From: Anaerolineae bacterium
Lineage (GTDB): Bacteria > Chloroflexota > Anaerolineae > Anaerolineales > UBA4823
Length of the DNA stretch: 64,000 nucleotides
Direction of reading: 5' to 3'
Assembly: GCA_003327455.1 (NCBI GenBank)
Contig: QOQU01000001.1
Span: forward strand, 258,337-322,336
Position numbers and translations under genes: made by a program. Positions 34,259 through 44,074 of this stretch are shown here, one piece after another; the first letter of the stretch is position 1, and each line of letters opens with the position of its first letter. The notes under the pieces are model-generated. The model saw only the letters and a program-made list of their open reading frames with translations. It made no database searches and was not told where the DNA came from.

Positions 34259-34951
34259 TCAGGAGCGGGATTCATGGGAATTTTCCACCACTTTGCCATC
34301 GCGCAAGACAATCGTGCGCCGTGCGTACCCAAACAGGCGCGGGTCGTGCGTGGCAAAGATGAAGGTGGTGCCGGTTTCCTGATTCAGGCGCTGCATAATT
34401 TCCATCACCTGTTTGCCGTTTTCGGTGTCCAGGTTGGCGGTTGGCTCATCAGCCAGAATCATCAAAGGGCGCGGCGCCAGTGCCCTGGCAACGGCAACGC
34501 GCTGTTGCTCTCCGCCGCTCAACTGATTGGGACGGTGATGCGCTCGGTCACTCATCCCGACTGCTGCCAGCAGTTCCAGGACGCGCTGGCGGCGCTCCGC
34601 TGCTCCCATGCCGTTCAGCAGCAACGGCATTTCAACATTCTCATACGCCGTGAGCGTGGGAATCAGCGCAAAGAACTGGAAAATAAAGCCGATGCTACCG
34701 CGGCGCAGGTCAGCCCGCTGATTGCGATTCAGGCGACTGACTTCCTTCCCGTCAATCCATACCCTCCCTTGAGTGGGCTGGTCCAGGCAACCTAAAATTT
34801 GCAGCAGTGTGGTTTTGCCTGAACCTGAGGGTCCGACCAGGGCCGTGAATTCGCCGCGTTCGATGGTCAGGCTGACCTCTCGCAACGCATAAGTCTCCAC
34901 TTCTCCGACGCGGTAAACGCGAGATACGTTCTCAACTTTGATTAATTCCAT
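34259..34951 (-). CDS. ABC transporter ATP-binding protein (MacB/LolD type) (start moved to MELIKVE)
   Basis: Walker [10 protein letters not shown], signature LSGGEQQR, Walker B ILADEPT. Confidence 0.9.
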   Translation of the reverse strand: MELIKVENVSRVYRVGEVETYALREVSLTIERGEFTALVGPSGSGKTTLLQILGCLDQPTQGRVWIDGKEVSRLNRNQRADLRRGSIGFIFQFFALIPTLTAYENVEMPLLLNGMGAAERRQRVLELLAAVGMSDRAHHRPNQLSGGEQQRVAVARALAPRPLMILADEPTANLDTENGKQVMEIMQRLNQETGTTFIFATHDPRLFGYARRTIVLRDGKVVENSHESRS

Positions 34952-34961
34952 AGTACGCTCC

Positions 34962-36185
34962 TTAGGCATGTTTACCACCCCGCAGGGCATCCACCGGTTC
35001 CAGACGAGCAGCCAGGACGGCTGGATATAGACCTGCCAGCAAGGTGATGACGATCGTAACACTCATCAAGCGCAATGTGTCTGAGAGCGTTAATTTGGCG
35101 TAGATGGTATCGCTGATCAGAAAGCCGCTCATTTCCATCCCGCCGATGTAAAATCCCTCGGTGGCGAGGTAGCTCACCGCTGCCAGCCCCAGCAAGAGGC
35201 CGATCAGAATCCCCCCCACCGTCAACAAACCTGTTTCATAGAGGAATAATCGCAGAATCTCGCCGCTGCGCCAGCCAATGGCAGAAAGGATACCGATCTC
35301 ACGCGTGCGCTCAAAAACGGCCATGATCAACGTATTGGTAATCACCGAAGCCGTGATTGCCAGGACAATCAAATAAAACAGGGACATATAGGCATTTGCC
35401 ATATCTTCGAACTGAAGTATCAGTTCATTCATTTCTTTCCAGTCCAGAATGGCATAAGGGAGATGAGCGAGCTTTGCCCGCACGGCTGCCGTTTGATCGG
35501 AGTCGGTGAGCAGGATAAAGATCAAACTGGCGTAATTCTCGGTACGGGTGATCGTCTGCGCTTTTGAGAGGGGGATGAGCAGGGTGGCGTTATCGAAGGC
35601 ATAGGTCTGGGTGGAGTAGATGCCGCGCACGACAAAACGCTGTTCATCAATATCGCCGTTAGAGGTGTTTACCGAAAGCGAGAAGCGATCCCCTACGGCA
35701 AGGTTGAGCTTTTCTGCCAGGGGCTTGCCGATCAGGACTCCTTCGCGATCGTCGGCGCTGAAATAGCTGCCCTGCAAGAGACCCTGGCGGTAGGGCTCGC
35801 TGGCGGGTGCTTCGGGATCGATCCCCATCAGGCGCACATTGGCAGAGCGATTGCGGACGACCACGATGCCCCCGGCGATCAGTCGCGGCGTCGCATCCTT
35901 AACACCGGGTATCGCCTTGATCTGGGCGGTCAGGGAAAAGGGGTCCTGGATGAGGTCTTCCCACTTCAAACTGCTTTTATCTTCATCGTACGAAGTAGCC
36001 CGAATTTGCAAATGACCGCTTTGCAGACGAATGGTTGCGTCTAAAGCTCCCTCCATCTCGCCGCGGATGAAGGAAGCCATCACCAGCAATAAGGCGAAAC
36101 CCAGAGCCAGCGCAAAAGCCGAAAAGAACGAACGGCGGCGGTTACGTCCCAGGTTGCGCAAAGCGATTTTCAACAAAGGTTTCAT
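34962..36185 (-). CDS. ABC transporter permease, FtsX/MacB-type
   Basis: N-terminal TM, large periplasmic domain, C-terminal FtsX-like 3-TM bundle ([11 protein letters not shown]). Confidence 0.8.
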   Translation of the reverse strand: MKPLLKIALRNLGRNRRRSFFSAFALALGFALLLVMASFIRGEMEGALDATIRLQSGHLQIRATSYDEDKSSLKWEDLIQDPFSLTAQIKAIPGVKDATPRLIAGGIVVVRNRSANVRLMGIDPEAPASEPYRQGLLQGSYFSADDREGVLIGKPLAEKLNLAVGDRFSLSVNTSNGDIDEQRFVVRGIYSTQTYAFDNATLLIPLSKAQTITRTENYASLIFILLTDSDQTAAVRAKLAHLPYAILDWKEMNELILQFEDMANAYMSLFYLIVLAITASVITNTLIMAVFERTREIGILSAIGWRSGEILRLFLYETGLLTVGGILIGLLLGLAAVSYLATEGFYIGGMEMSGFLISDTIYAKLTLSDTLRLMSVTIVITLLAGLYPAVLAARLEPVDALRGGKHA

Positions 36186-36193
36186 GCATCACC

Positions 36194-37423
36194 TCAATCT
36201 GTATGCAGAGCTGTGGCCGGTTCGCGTTGAGCGGCCTCGTGGGCGGGGTAGAAAGCAGCCAGGGTGGCGATGATGGCGACCGTCAGAGCGCGAGGGGCAA
36301 ATTTATCCAGTCCCCAGGCAGGATAGATGCGTCCACCGACCAGGGCCATATATTCGGTGATATTGGCAAACTGGCTGTAATCCAATCCCACCTGACGAAG
36401 CACGCCGTTGATGATCAAACCCAGAACAACTCCCACTGCAATCCCGACCAGGCCGTATAATGTCCCTTCCAGAACGAACAACAGGGAAATCTGCGCCGGG
36501 CGGAAACCGAGCGAGGCCAGAATGCCGATCTCCCGGCGGCGCTCATAGACAGCCATCAGGAGCAGATTCAGAACGCCAATGGCTGCAATCAAGAGAATCA
36601 CCACACTGAAGACATTCATTACGGCGTTCTTTGTGCCTAGCGTGGATTCAAGTTCGGGGAAATAGGTATGCCAGGAATCGATCTCCAGGTGGGGGAACTC
36701 TGCCGTCAGGTCGGTCATCACCAACTCTTCCTCACCCAATTGCTTGAGAAAGATGGCGACTTCGGTGACCTGTTCGCGCAAATCGTAGAGCGTTTGGGCT
36801 TCGCGCAGAGGCAGATACACGGTGCGTTTTTCGACTTCTGGCAAACCCAGGCTATACACGCCGATCACGGTCATCGTGCGGCGGCGCATCTGGTCGTGGG
36901 GGGCACGTCCAACCAGCGTGATGCGGTCGCCAGCTTTGACACCCATCACCTCTGCCAGGCCCTTACCGATCAAAACCGCGTCCTGATCCTCTTCGTGAAG
37001 GGGGCGACCCTCGACCACATTTTGCAGAGCCAGATTGACATTCATCTCCACCTGGGGCTCGATTCCCAAAATGTTCACCGCAAAAGCCCCCTCACGATTG
37101 CTTGCCAGCCCGGCGGTGATCAGGCGGCGCAGGGCTGCCTGGACACGAGGATGGGCGCGGGCTCGCTCAACGACGCGCAGATCATCGGGCAACGGCAGTA
37201 ACGGCACCTGATCGGCGCTTGCCCGATACCCCTGGGCATGAACCTGAACATTGCCCCCCAACACTTTGATGGCATTGCCGTAGATCGCCTGATCAAAGCC
37301 CGCCACCAGACCATCATAGAACATCATCAGAGCCAGCCCCAATCCCATGGCAAAGACGATGATCAGGGTTCGGCGCCGATGTCGCCAGACATTCCTCCAG
37401 GCAAGACGAAGGTAAAGTCTCAT
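36194..37423 (-). CDS. ABC transporter permease, FtsX/MacB-type (paralog)
   Basis: Same architecture (REIGILASLGF). Confidence 0.8.
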   Translation of the reverse strand: MRLYLRLAWRNVWRHRRRTLIIVFAMGLGLALMMFYDGLVAGFDQAIYGNAIKVLGGNVQVHAQGYRASADQVPLLPLPDDLRVVERARAHPRVQAALRRLITAGLASNREGAFAVNILGIEPQVEMNVNLALQNVVEGRPLHEEDQDAVLIGKGLAEVMGVKAGDRITLVGRAPHDQMRRRTMTVIGVYSLGLPEVEKRTVYLPLREAQTLYDLREQVTEVAIFLKQLGEEELVMTDLTAEFPHLEIDSWHTYFPELESTLGTKNAVMNVFSVVILLIAAIGVLNLLLMAVYERRREIGILASLGFRPAQISLLFVLEGTLYGLVGIAVGVVLGLIINGVLRQVGLDYSQFANITEYMALVGGRIYPAWGLDKFAPRALTVAIIATLAAFYPAHEAAQREPATALHTD

Positions 37424-38187
37424 GCAGCGTACTCCTTTCCGGGTAAGGTAGAGGTTTGCAGGCGGCTGTTTTGGGAGGCCGGAGATTCAGCCGTCTGGTT
37501 TGAGGCAGGTAGGAACCACAAGGCAAGGGCATCGGGATCGAGCAACGTCAGGCAGCCGGGCTGCATACCGAGCAATCGCTCCATTGCTTCGGTATATGCC
37601 CGCAGCGTATCCTCCAGCCAGAGGCGATCAAGGGTTGGCGCGGGCGCTAATAACTGCTGAGCCAGGGTATCGCTCAGCCCCTGCAACAAATAAATGCTCA
37701 TGCGGGCAACAGCCGCTGCTTGGGAGACCTTCCAGCAACCCTCTTGATTGCCTTGTTCGATTAACTGGGTCAGAATCGGGGTAAGCTGCTCGACCCCTTT
37801 GGCAAAGACTTTCTGGCGCACAACCGCATTCTCATCGAGATGCCAGGCGCGCAGGATGGCAATCAGGAACTCGCGCCGCTCGGTCTTCCAGCGCAAGGCA
37901 GCCTGAAAATATTTCTCCAACTTCTGCTGGGCGTTGAGCGTTGCGTCGGCAACGATTGCGTTTAAGTGATTGAGGATTTCAGCGGTCATCTGGTCAATGA
38001 TGGCTTCCAGGAGATCGCTTTTGGAAGAGAAATAATGGAAAAACGCTCCTTTAGAGATGCCCAGCTCTTTAATCAATTCCTGAATGGTCAGGCGGTCAAA
38101 ACCTTTGGTGTAAATGAAGCGTTGTGCTGCCGCCAGAATTTTCTGGCGTTTTGCGGCGTGTTCCTGTTCGTTCAAGGGGCGAGCCAT
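37420..38187 (-). CDS. TetR/AcrR-family regulator, first gene of the efflux operon (start moved to MARPLNE)
   Basis: HTH FDRLTIQELIKELGISKGAFFHYFSSK. The stop overlaps the permease start. Confidence 0.85.
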   Translation of the reverse strand: MARPLNEQEHAAKRQKILAAAQRFIYTKGFDRLTIQELIKELGISKGAFFHYFSSKSDLLEAIIDQMTAEILNHLNAIVADATLNAQQKLEKYFQAALRWKTERREFLIAILRAWHLDENAVVRQKVFAKGVEQLTPILTQLIEQGNQEGCWKVSQAAAVARMSIYLLQGLSDTLAQQLLAPAPTLDRLWLEDTLRAYTEAMERLLGMQPGCLTLLDPDALALWFLPASNQTAESPASQNSRLQTSTLPGKEYAA

Positions 38188-38202
38188 CTTTGACCTCAAT
38201 AA

Positions 38203-38255
38203 TAAACCGACCGTTGGTTTAATAATATTATACGGCTCAAAGGGCAGGACGTCAA
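38203..38255 (-). promoter_or_regulatory. Efflux-operon promoter (TTGACG 38250-38255, 17-nt spacer, TATAAT 38227-38232) followed by the inverted repeat TAAACC-N7-GGTTTA (38203-38221)
   Basis: Read directly. The palindrome lies over the predicted start site, which fits TetR autoregulation. Confidence 0.5.
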
Positions 38256-38496
38256 GGAGGAAATGAGGAACGTTTTCCACCATAGCGTGCTTGGATAGGT
38301 GCCATCAATCCTCTCATGAATTTGCATGATAACAAAATCTTGGAAAATTATGGACGTCTAAGCCATCATTTCCTCACTTCTATCTTTTGCCTTCCTTACT
38401 ATCCCACCTCACCCTAAAAAAACAACCCACTAAATCTTTCAAAGGCGGGTTGGTTTTTATGCTATGATGAAAGCGTATGGTTGAGGAGGTTTGAGT

Positions 38497-41181
38497 ATGG
38501 AGATTGGTTTGGTCCGTCAGGTGGATATCGACCGCGAAATGCAGCAGGCGTATCTGGATTATGCCATGAGTGTGATCGTGGCGCGTGCTTTGCCCGACGC
38601 CCGCGATGGTTTGAAACCCGTCCAACGGCGTATTTTATACGCCATGCTGGAATTGGGCTTGCGGCCCGACAGCGCCTACAAGAAATCGGCGCGCATTGTC
38701 GGAGAGGTGCTGGGAAAATTCCATCCGCACGGCGATATGGCTGTTTATGAAGCCATGGCTCGCCTGGCGCAACCCTTTACGATGCGCGTTCCGCTGGTAG
38801 ATGGGCAGGGCAATTTTGGCAGTGTGGATGGCGATCCGCCAGCAGCCATGCGCTACACCGAGGCGCGGCTCACTGCCGCCGCCATGCAACTGCTTGCCGA
38901 CATTGACAAGGACACGGTCGATTTTGCGCCGAACTTTGACGATACCCTGCGTGAACCGACCGTTTTGCCGGCCGCTTTCCCCAATCTGCTGGTCAACGGG
39001 GCAACCGGGATCGCCGTAGGGATGTCCACCAGCATCCCACCTCACAACCTGGCAGAAGTAATCGACGCACTGCGCCATCTGCTGCTGAATTGGGAAAAGA
39101 TGGACGACATCACCATCGAGGACTTAATGCGGTTCATTCAAGGGCCTGATTTCCCCACCGGTGGCATCCTGCTGACCGCTGAGGGAGAGCACTCGCTTGC
39201 CAGCGCTTATGGGAGTGGACGCGGGCAGGTTGTCGTCCGCGCCCGGGCTCACCTGGAAGAAATGGAACGCGGTCGCAGCCGTATTATTGTCACAGAGTTA
39301 CCTTATACCGTCAACAAAGCAGCTCTGATCGAACGCATCGCCGAGCTGGTGCGCGAGGAAAAGCTGAGCGGCATCACGGATCTACGCGATGAATCCGACC
39401 AGCGCGGCATGCGCATTGTGATTGAGGTGGGCAAAAACGCTGACCCCGAACAGGTTTTGGGAGAGTTATATCGCCATACGCCCATGCAGTCAACCTTTAG
39501 CATGATCTTGCTGGCACTGGTGGACGGCGAACCCCGTTTGATGAGCCTCAAGCAAGTTTTGCGGGTTTACCTCGACCATCGCCTGACCGTCATCCGCAGG
39601 CGCAGCGAATATGAATTGCGGCGCGCCCGTGAGCGCGCTCATATCCTCGAAGGGTTGCGCGTGGCGTTAAAAAACCTGGATGAAGTCATTGAACTCATTC
39701 GCAAATCACCCGATGCAGAGACTGCTCGCGGGCGCTTGATGCGTCGGTTCAAATTGAGCGAACTGCAGGCGCAAGCGATTCTGGATATGCCCCTGCGCCG
39801 CCTGGCAGCCTTAGAGCGTAAAAAAATCGAACTGGAATATCAAGAATTGCTCAAGCGGATCAAAGAACTGGAAAGCCTGTTGAAATCGCCGCCCAAATTG
39901 CGCGCCCTGGCAGCTGAGGAACTGGCAGCCGTTAAAGACGCTTTTGCCGAGCGACGCCGCACCCAAATCGCCGCCAGCGCTACCCGGGGTGGCCCGCTTG
40001 CTCTGACAGTGACCGATCTTACCCCCCAGGAGGAAACCTGGATCAGCATCACCGCCCAGGGGTTGATCGCCCGCAGCGAATCCGGCAAACCGCCCCGCCT
40101 GAGCGGCAACGAAGCGCCAGCCTGGTTGCTTAAAGCTTCCAGTCGCGATACGATCTATCTGGTAGCGGAGAACGGCGAATGCGCTGCCATTGCCCTGCAC
40201 AGTCTGCCACCATGCACTCGCCCCGGCGAAGGTTTGCCTCTGGGAGATGTTTCTCCCTTGAAAGACCCGAACACTCTGGCCTGTCTGTTCGCCCTGCCAC
40301 CCAAAGGCGAACGCCCTGAAGGAGCTTATCTCCTGACCGTAACTCGGCAGGGCTACGTCAAGAAATCTGCTCTGGATGAAGTGATAGGACCAGCCGCCCA
40401 TCTCTTTCAACTGGCAAAAGTCAACCCAGGCGATCGCCTGGGTTGGGTTCACCTGACGCGTGGGGATCAGGAAATCCTGCTGGCGACGGCGCAGGGAATG
40501 GCAATCCGCTTTTCCGAGCAGAGCGTACGCCCGATGGGATTGGTGGCTGCTGGCGTGCTGGGGATTAAGTTGAGCGAGGCGGATGAAGTGATTGGCGCTG
40601 CAATCCTGCCCAAAGCTGGCGATGTCCTCCTGGTCGCCTCAGATGGGCGTGCGAAGCGTCTGGCAGTTGAGCAATTCCCCCTCCAGGGACGCTATGGGCA
40701 GGGGGTTCAGGCGTGGAAATTAAGCCCGACTTCCCGATTGGTCGGTATGGCGGTTGGCAAAGCCACCGCCCAAGCCACGCTTTTTTTGGAGAAACTTGCC
40801 CCGAAGAGCATCCGCTTTGACGAAGCCCCCCTGCAGACGCGCGCCGGGCGAGGCAAGGCAGTGCAGGAACTGAAACCCGGCGATCGGATTGTGCGCCTGG
40901 TGGTGGCATGGGAGAGCGGAGAGATGAAATCTGAACCGACCTCGGCGCGCACTAGCCGCGGCAGGGCGAAAAAAGCGTCCGGTCAACCACAGCAAGCCTC
41001 ACTTCCTGGGAAGAAAAGCCTGCCCCAGGAAGAACAGACCGATGCATCAACGATTGGGACAACACCCACTCGCCGAACGCGGCGTACAACCACGGATGCC
41101 GAGACGCCACCTCAATCATCTACCCCTGCCAGCCAGGCAAGGCGCACCCGCAAGAAGCCTTCACCCCCTGCCCAGGGTTGA
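38497..41181 (+). CDS. gyrA: DNA gyrase subunit A with a basic low-complexity C-terminal tail of about 90 aa
   Basis: [30 protein letters not shown], catalytic-Tyr region AAMRYTE, GyrA-box-containing CTD repeats. ATG at 38497 after GAGGAGG. Confidence 0.95.
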   Translation: MEIGLVRQVDIDREMQQAYLDYAMSVIVARALPDARDGLKPVQRRILYAMLELGLRPDSAYKKSARIVGEVLGKFHPHGDMAVYEAMARLAQPFTMRVPLVDGQGNFGSVDGDPPAAMRYTEARLTAAAMQLLADIDKDTVDFAPNFDDTLREPTVLPAAFPNLLVNGATGIAVGMSTSIPPHNLAEVIDALRHLLLNWEKMDDITIEDLMRFIQGPDFPTGGILLTAEGEHSLASAYGSGRGQVVVRARAHLEEMERGRSRIIVTELPYTVNKAALIERIAELVREEKLSGITDLRDESDQRGMRIVIEVGKNADPEQVLGELYRHTPMQSTFSMILLALVDGEPRLMSLKQVLRVYLDHRLTVIRRRSEYELRRARERAHILEGLRVALKNLDEVIELIRKSPDAETARGRLMRRFKLSELQAQAILDMPLRRLAALERKKIELEYQELLKRIKELESLLKSPPKLRALAAEELAAVKDAFAERRRTQIAASATRGGPLALTVTDLTPQEETWISITAQGLIARSESGKPPRLSGNEAPAWLLKASSRDTIYLVAENGECAAIALHSLPPCTRPGEGLPLGDVSPLKDPNTLACLFALPPKGERPEGAYLLTVTRQGYVKKSALDEVIGPAAHLFQLAKVNPGDRLGWVHLTRGDQEILLATAQGMAIRFSEQSVRPMGLVAAGVLGIKLSEADEVIGAAILPKAGDVLLVASDGRAKRLAVEQFPLQGRYGQGVQAWKLSPTSRLVGMAVGKATAQATLFLEKLAPKSIRFDEAPLQTRAGRGKAVQELKPGDRIVRLVVAWESGEMKSEPTSARTSRGRAKKASGQPQQASLPGKKSLPQEEQTDASTIGTTPTRRTRRTTTDAETPPQSSTPASQARRTRKKPSPPAQG

Positions 41182-41205
41182 TCGCCGGACGGCAAAATCC
41201 AGGCT

Positions 41206-41505
41206 TCAAAAGTGGGAAGCTAATTTCTCAGCCCTCCGTTCCTCCTCAATAGCGGAGGAGCGAACTGATTGGCACTCCCAACTCTCCAATTCCAGCGCCA
41301 GGCATTGCTCACAAAGGGGAATTTCTACGGCGTATTCCCCGTTTAAACCGACCCGATCGAGCAAGACGGTTACGGCAATCTCGCCACAGGCACAACGTAG
41401 CCCAACCGGACTGCTACCTCGTAAGCAAGCCAGACAAAGACCATCTTTCCCGTTCAGGTAGGGCAGGTGACAGGAACGACAAGGGGCTTTAAGAGAAGCA
41501 GGCAT
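41206..41505 (-). CDS. 99-aa Cys-rich zinc-ribbon protein (chromosomal paralog of 24477-24734)
   Basis: CRSC..CLAC..CAC..CEQC; convergent with gyrA, 24 nt apart. Confidence 0.65.
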   Translation of the reverse strand: MPASLKAPCRSCHLPYLNGKDGLCLACLRGSSPVGLRCACGEIAVTVLLDRVGLNGEYAVEIPLCEQCLALELESWECQSVRSSAIEEERRAEKLASHF

Positions 41506-41541
41506 TTTTCCCTTCCTTTGGATGATTGCCCTTATCTTAGC

Positions 41542-41581
41542 AGAACATACGTTCTATAAATAAGCGATTAAACAGGGTGAA
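41542..41581 (-). promoter_or_regulatory. Promoter (TTCACC 41576-41581, 17-nt spacer, TATAGA 41553-41558) overlapped by the Cheo-type LexA box AGAACATACGTTCT (41542-41555)
   Basis: Read directly; perfect GAAC-N4-GTTC core. Confidence 0.6.
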
Positions 41582-41595
41582 TTTTTGGCGAGTCT

Positions 41596-42750
41596 CTAGC
41601 CCGGAGGGGCAGGAAGCGGCGGCGGAGGTGGGAAAAGCCAGGCAAGCAACCTCCCCAAAGACCAGACCAGTGGAGGAAACCAGCCCTGCCCTGCCAGCCG
41701 ATAACAGACCTCGGCAGTGAACCAGCGTGTCATCAGATAACGTCCCAAATAGGATTTTCTCAACCGCCTGCGATAAGTGGAGAATGAGAAATCCTGACGT
41801 TCGAAGGCATCGATGATCGCCTGCGCCGCCAGTTGTCCATACGCCAGCGAGGGGGCAATGCCTTCGCCAAACAGGGGATCGACTCCAGCAACCTCGCCCA
41901 CCAGCAGCAGGCGCGGGTACGCAAAGCGATTGCGCGGACTAAACCAATGGATGGGGTGACTCTGCCATGCATCTCGCAGAGAGCCATACGCCTGAGAAAA
42001 CGCAGTTTCAAGAAACACCGGTAAGGGCGCAGGTGGCTTGCGCTGGTCCAGACGGGCATCGTAGAGACCACGGTTGAAGGCGGCTGTGCCGTTTTGGAAA
42101 AAGGGAAAATCCCATACGTAGCCCTGCAACCCCTCTTTGAGTAAACTGAAATCAAACAGGGTGGCGGCGCTCTGAAAGAGTTCTGCCGATGGACGAGCGG
42201 GTTGGACGACCTCCAGGGTGCGGGCAAGGCGGGCTTTGGCAGTACGGCGGCGCGTCCAGCGGCGGGTAATTCCGTTGGCACCGTCCGCTCCCACCACCAC
42301 TGTAGCAGAATATTCTCTCTCTGGAGTGCGTAAGACCACCGTCTCGGGCAGAAAGATGATCTCTTTCACCTCCTTACCCTCTTCAATTTGGATTCCTCTG
42401 GCTCTGGTTTGTTGTGCAAGATAGGCATCCAGCTCTGCGCGGTTAAAAATCACCAGTTGGGGTTCTCCACATAGGGTGACCACCTGGCGCTGATACCTGA
42501 ACCGAACTTCTTTGACGGCAAATTGGGGTAAGGGCAAGGGGTAAGGAAAATCCAGTTCCTGTAAGATGCGAAATCCCAGGCGGGTCACCGCGCCGCCGCA
42601 TAATTTGAAGCGCGGATAACACTCTTTTTCCAGCACCAGCACTCGTTTGCTCCACTGCGGCGAATAGCGCAGCAAATGTAAGGCGGTCGAAAGCCCACCT
42701 GGTCCGCCGCCGATAATGATCACATCATAATGCGCCTGGGCGCTCATCAT
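41596..42750 (-). CDS. FAD-dependent oxidoreductase, geranylgeranyl-reductase-like
   Basis: YDVIIIGGGPGGLSTA dinucleotide fingerprint, GADGANG motif, length about 380 aa. Confidence 0.6.
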   Translation of the reverse strand: MMSAQAHYDVIIIGGGPGGLSTALHLLRYSPQWSKRVLVLEKECYPRFKLCGGAVTRLGFRILQELDFPYPLPLPQFAVKEVRFRYQRQVVTLCGEPQLVIFNRAELDAYLAQQTRARGIQIEEGKEVKEIIFLPETVVLRTPEREYSATVVVGADGANGITRRWTRRRTAKARLARTLEVVQPARPSAELFQSAATLFDFSLLKEGLQGYVWDFPFFQNGTAAFNRGLYDARLDQRKPPAPLPVFLETAFSQAYGSLRDAWQSHPIHWFSPRNRFAYPRLLLVGEVAGVDPLFGEGIAPSLAYGQLAAQAIIDAFERQDFSFSTYRRRLRKSYLGRYLMTRWFTAEVCYRLAGQGWFPPLVWSLGRLLAWLFPPPPPLPAPPG

Positions 42751-42804
42751 GCATCACAACCGCAGCGAAAATAAAAAGGAGCGGTTGACACCCGCTCCCC
42801 ACCA

Positions 42805-42881
42805 TGGCGCCCCCGGCGCGATTCGAACACGCGACCCCTTGCTCCGCAAGCAAGTGCTCTAATCCACTGAGCTACGAGGGC
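42805..42881 (-). tRNA. tRNA-Arg with genomically encoded anticodon GCG; CCA encoded
   Basis: Hand-folded: acceptor GCCCTCG/CGGGGGC, D stem GCTC/GAGC, anticodon stem CTTGC/GCAAG with loop TTGCGGA, T stem GCGTG/CGCGC. Confidence 0.8.
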
Positions 42882-42958
42882 GAGAAAACCCTCCAGGGGT
42901 TCTCTTCAGAGATGTTTTTATTGTATCGCGATTTGGGATTAAGGTCAAGAAAAAGGAG

Positions 42959-44074
42959 TCAAAAATCGCTCTGTATCCTGTCAATTAAGTAGATCAATTG
43001 CATCATCCCCTGACGTAGCGGCGGGGTATAGATGCTCTCATGGATTGTATGGGCGCCCTCTCCGTAGGTCAAACCAATTCCTACCGCTGGATAGCCAAGG
43101 CTGAGGGGGATATTGGCATCGGTGGAACCAATGTTTGGGATGGCTTTTACCCCAACTTGCTCAAGGCATTCAATGGCAAGTCTGACCAGAGGATGATTTT
43201 CTGCAAGGTTGCCAGCCGGGCGTTCCCCAATTAACTCGGCGCTGAAATGGACTCCCTCTTGTTGGCTTTGCTGCACAAGCTGCAGGATTTGTTGCGCGAG
43301 CTGGACGAGGCAGGTTGTATCTTCCGAACGCAAGTCCAGTTCGGCCGTGGCGAGTGGGGCAATGGTATTTACTGAAATTCCACCCGAGATGACACCCACA
43401 TTCAAGCTGGTGCGCGGCGAGGTTGGAATCGGGATGGAATCGAGGGCTGCAATCAATCTGGCTAAGTGATGGATGGCGGATGGGCGGCCAAAATTCACCC
43501 AGGAATGCCCACCCGCCGTCTCGACTTTCAGGCGATAGCGCCGCACCCCCAAAGCACGATGGTACACATGACCTAAAGCCATCCCCTCCAGCACCAGATA
43601 GGCTTTGACGCGCCTGCCAAACCGTTCGACTACGGCGCGCATACCGCGTAAATTACCCAGCCCCTCTTCGCAAACCGTCGCCACCAGCCAGAGGTCGGTT
43701 GCGGACGATAGGGAGACTTCTTCCAGAGCCCACAGTACCCCAAAGAGAGCGGCAATGCCTAAAGCGTTATCACCGATTCCAGGCCCATAAATGCGGTTTC
43801 CCTTCCATACCGCTGCTTGATTGTGTTCCGCCTGAAAGACCGTATCCAGATGGGCGGTGATGACCAGGGGTAATCCCTTGTCTTGACCCGGGCGGCAGGC
43901 ATACACATTGCCAACTGCATCGGTAAAAACGGCTTCAACTCTCTCATCGCGAAAACGTTCCAGAACAAAACGTGCCCGCTGCTCCTCATAGAAAGTGGGC
44001 GCCGCAATGCGTTGAATTTGTATCGCAAAGTTCAAGATCCGTTCCAGCAGATGAGGGGAGGGAGTCCAGTTCAT
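42959..44074 (-). CDS. M20-family metallopeptidase
   Basis: ITAHLDTV, GIGDNALG, CEEG metal-ligand pattern. Confidence 0.7.
   Translation of the reverse strand: MNWTPSPHLLERILNFAIQIQRIAAPTFYEEQRARFVLERFRDERVEAVFTDAVGNVYACRPGQDKGLPLVITAHLDTVFQAEHNQAAVWKGNRIYGPGIGDNALGIAALFGVLWALEEVSLSSATDLWLVATVCEEGLGNLRGMRAVVERFGRRVKAYLVLEGMALGHVYHRALGVRRYRLKVETAGGHSWVNFGRPSAIHHLARLIAALDSIPIPTSPRTSLNVGVISGGISVNTIAPLATAELDLRSEDTTCLVQLAQQILQLVQQSQQEGVHFSAELIGERPAGNLAENHPLVRLAIECLEQVGVKAIPNIGSTDANIPLSLGYPAVGIGLTYGEGAHTIHESIYTPPLRQGMMQLIYLIDRIQSDF

Noticed and set aside
38410-38475. Hairpin AAAAACAACCCAC...GCGGGTTGGTTTTT upstream of gyrA, resembling a bidirectional intrinsic terminator
   Set aside because: Neither flanking gene is oriented so as to be terminated by it (tetR and gyrA diverge from this region). 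It may be a regulatory structure, but I cannot support a call from sequence alone.
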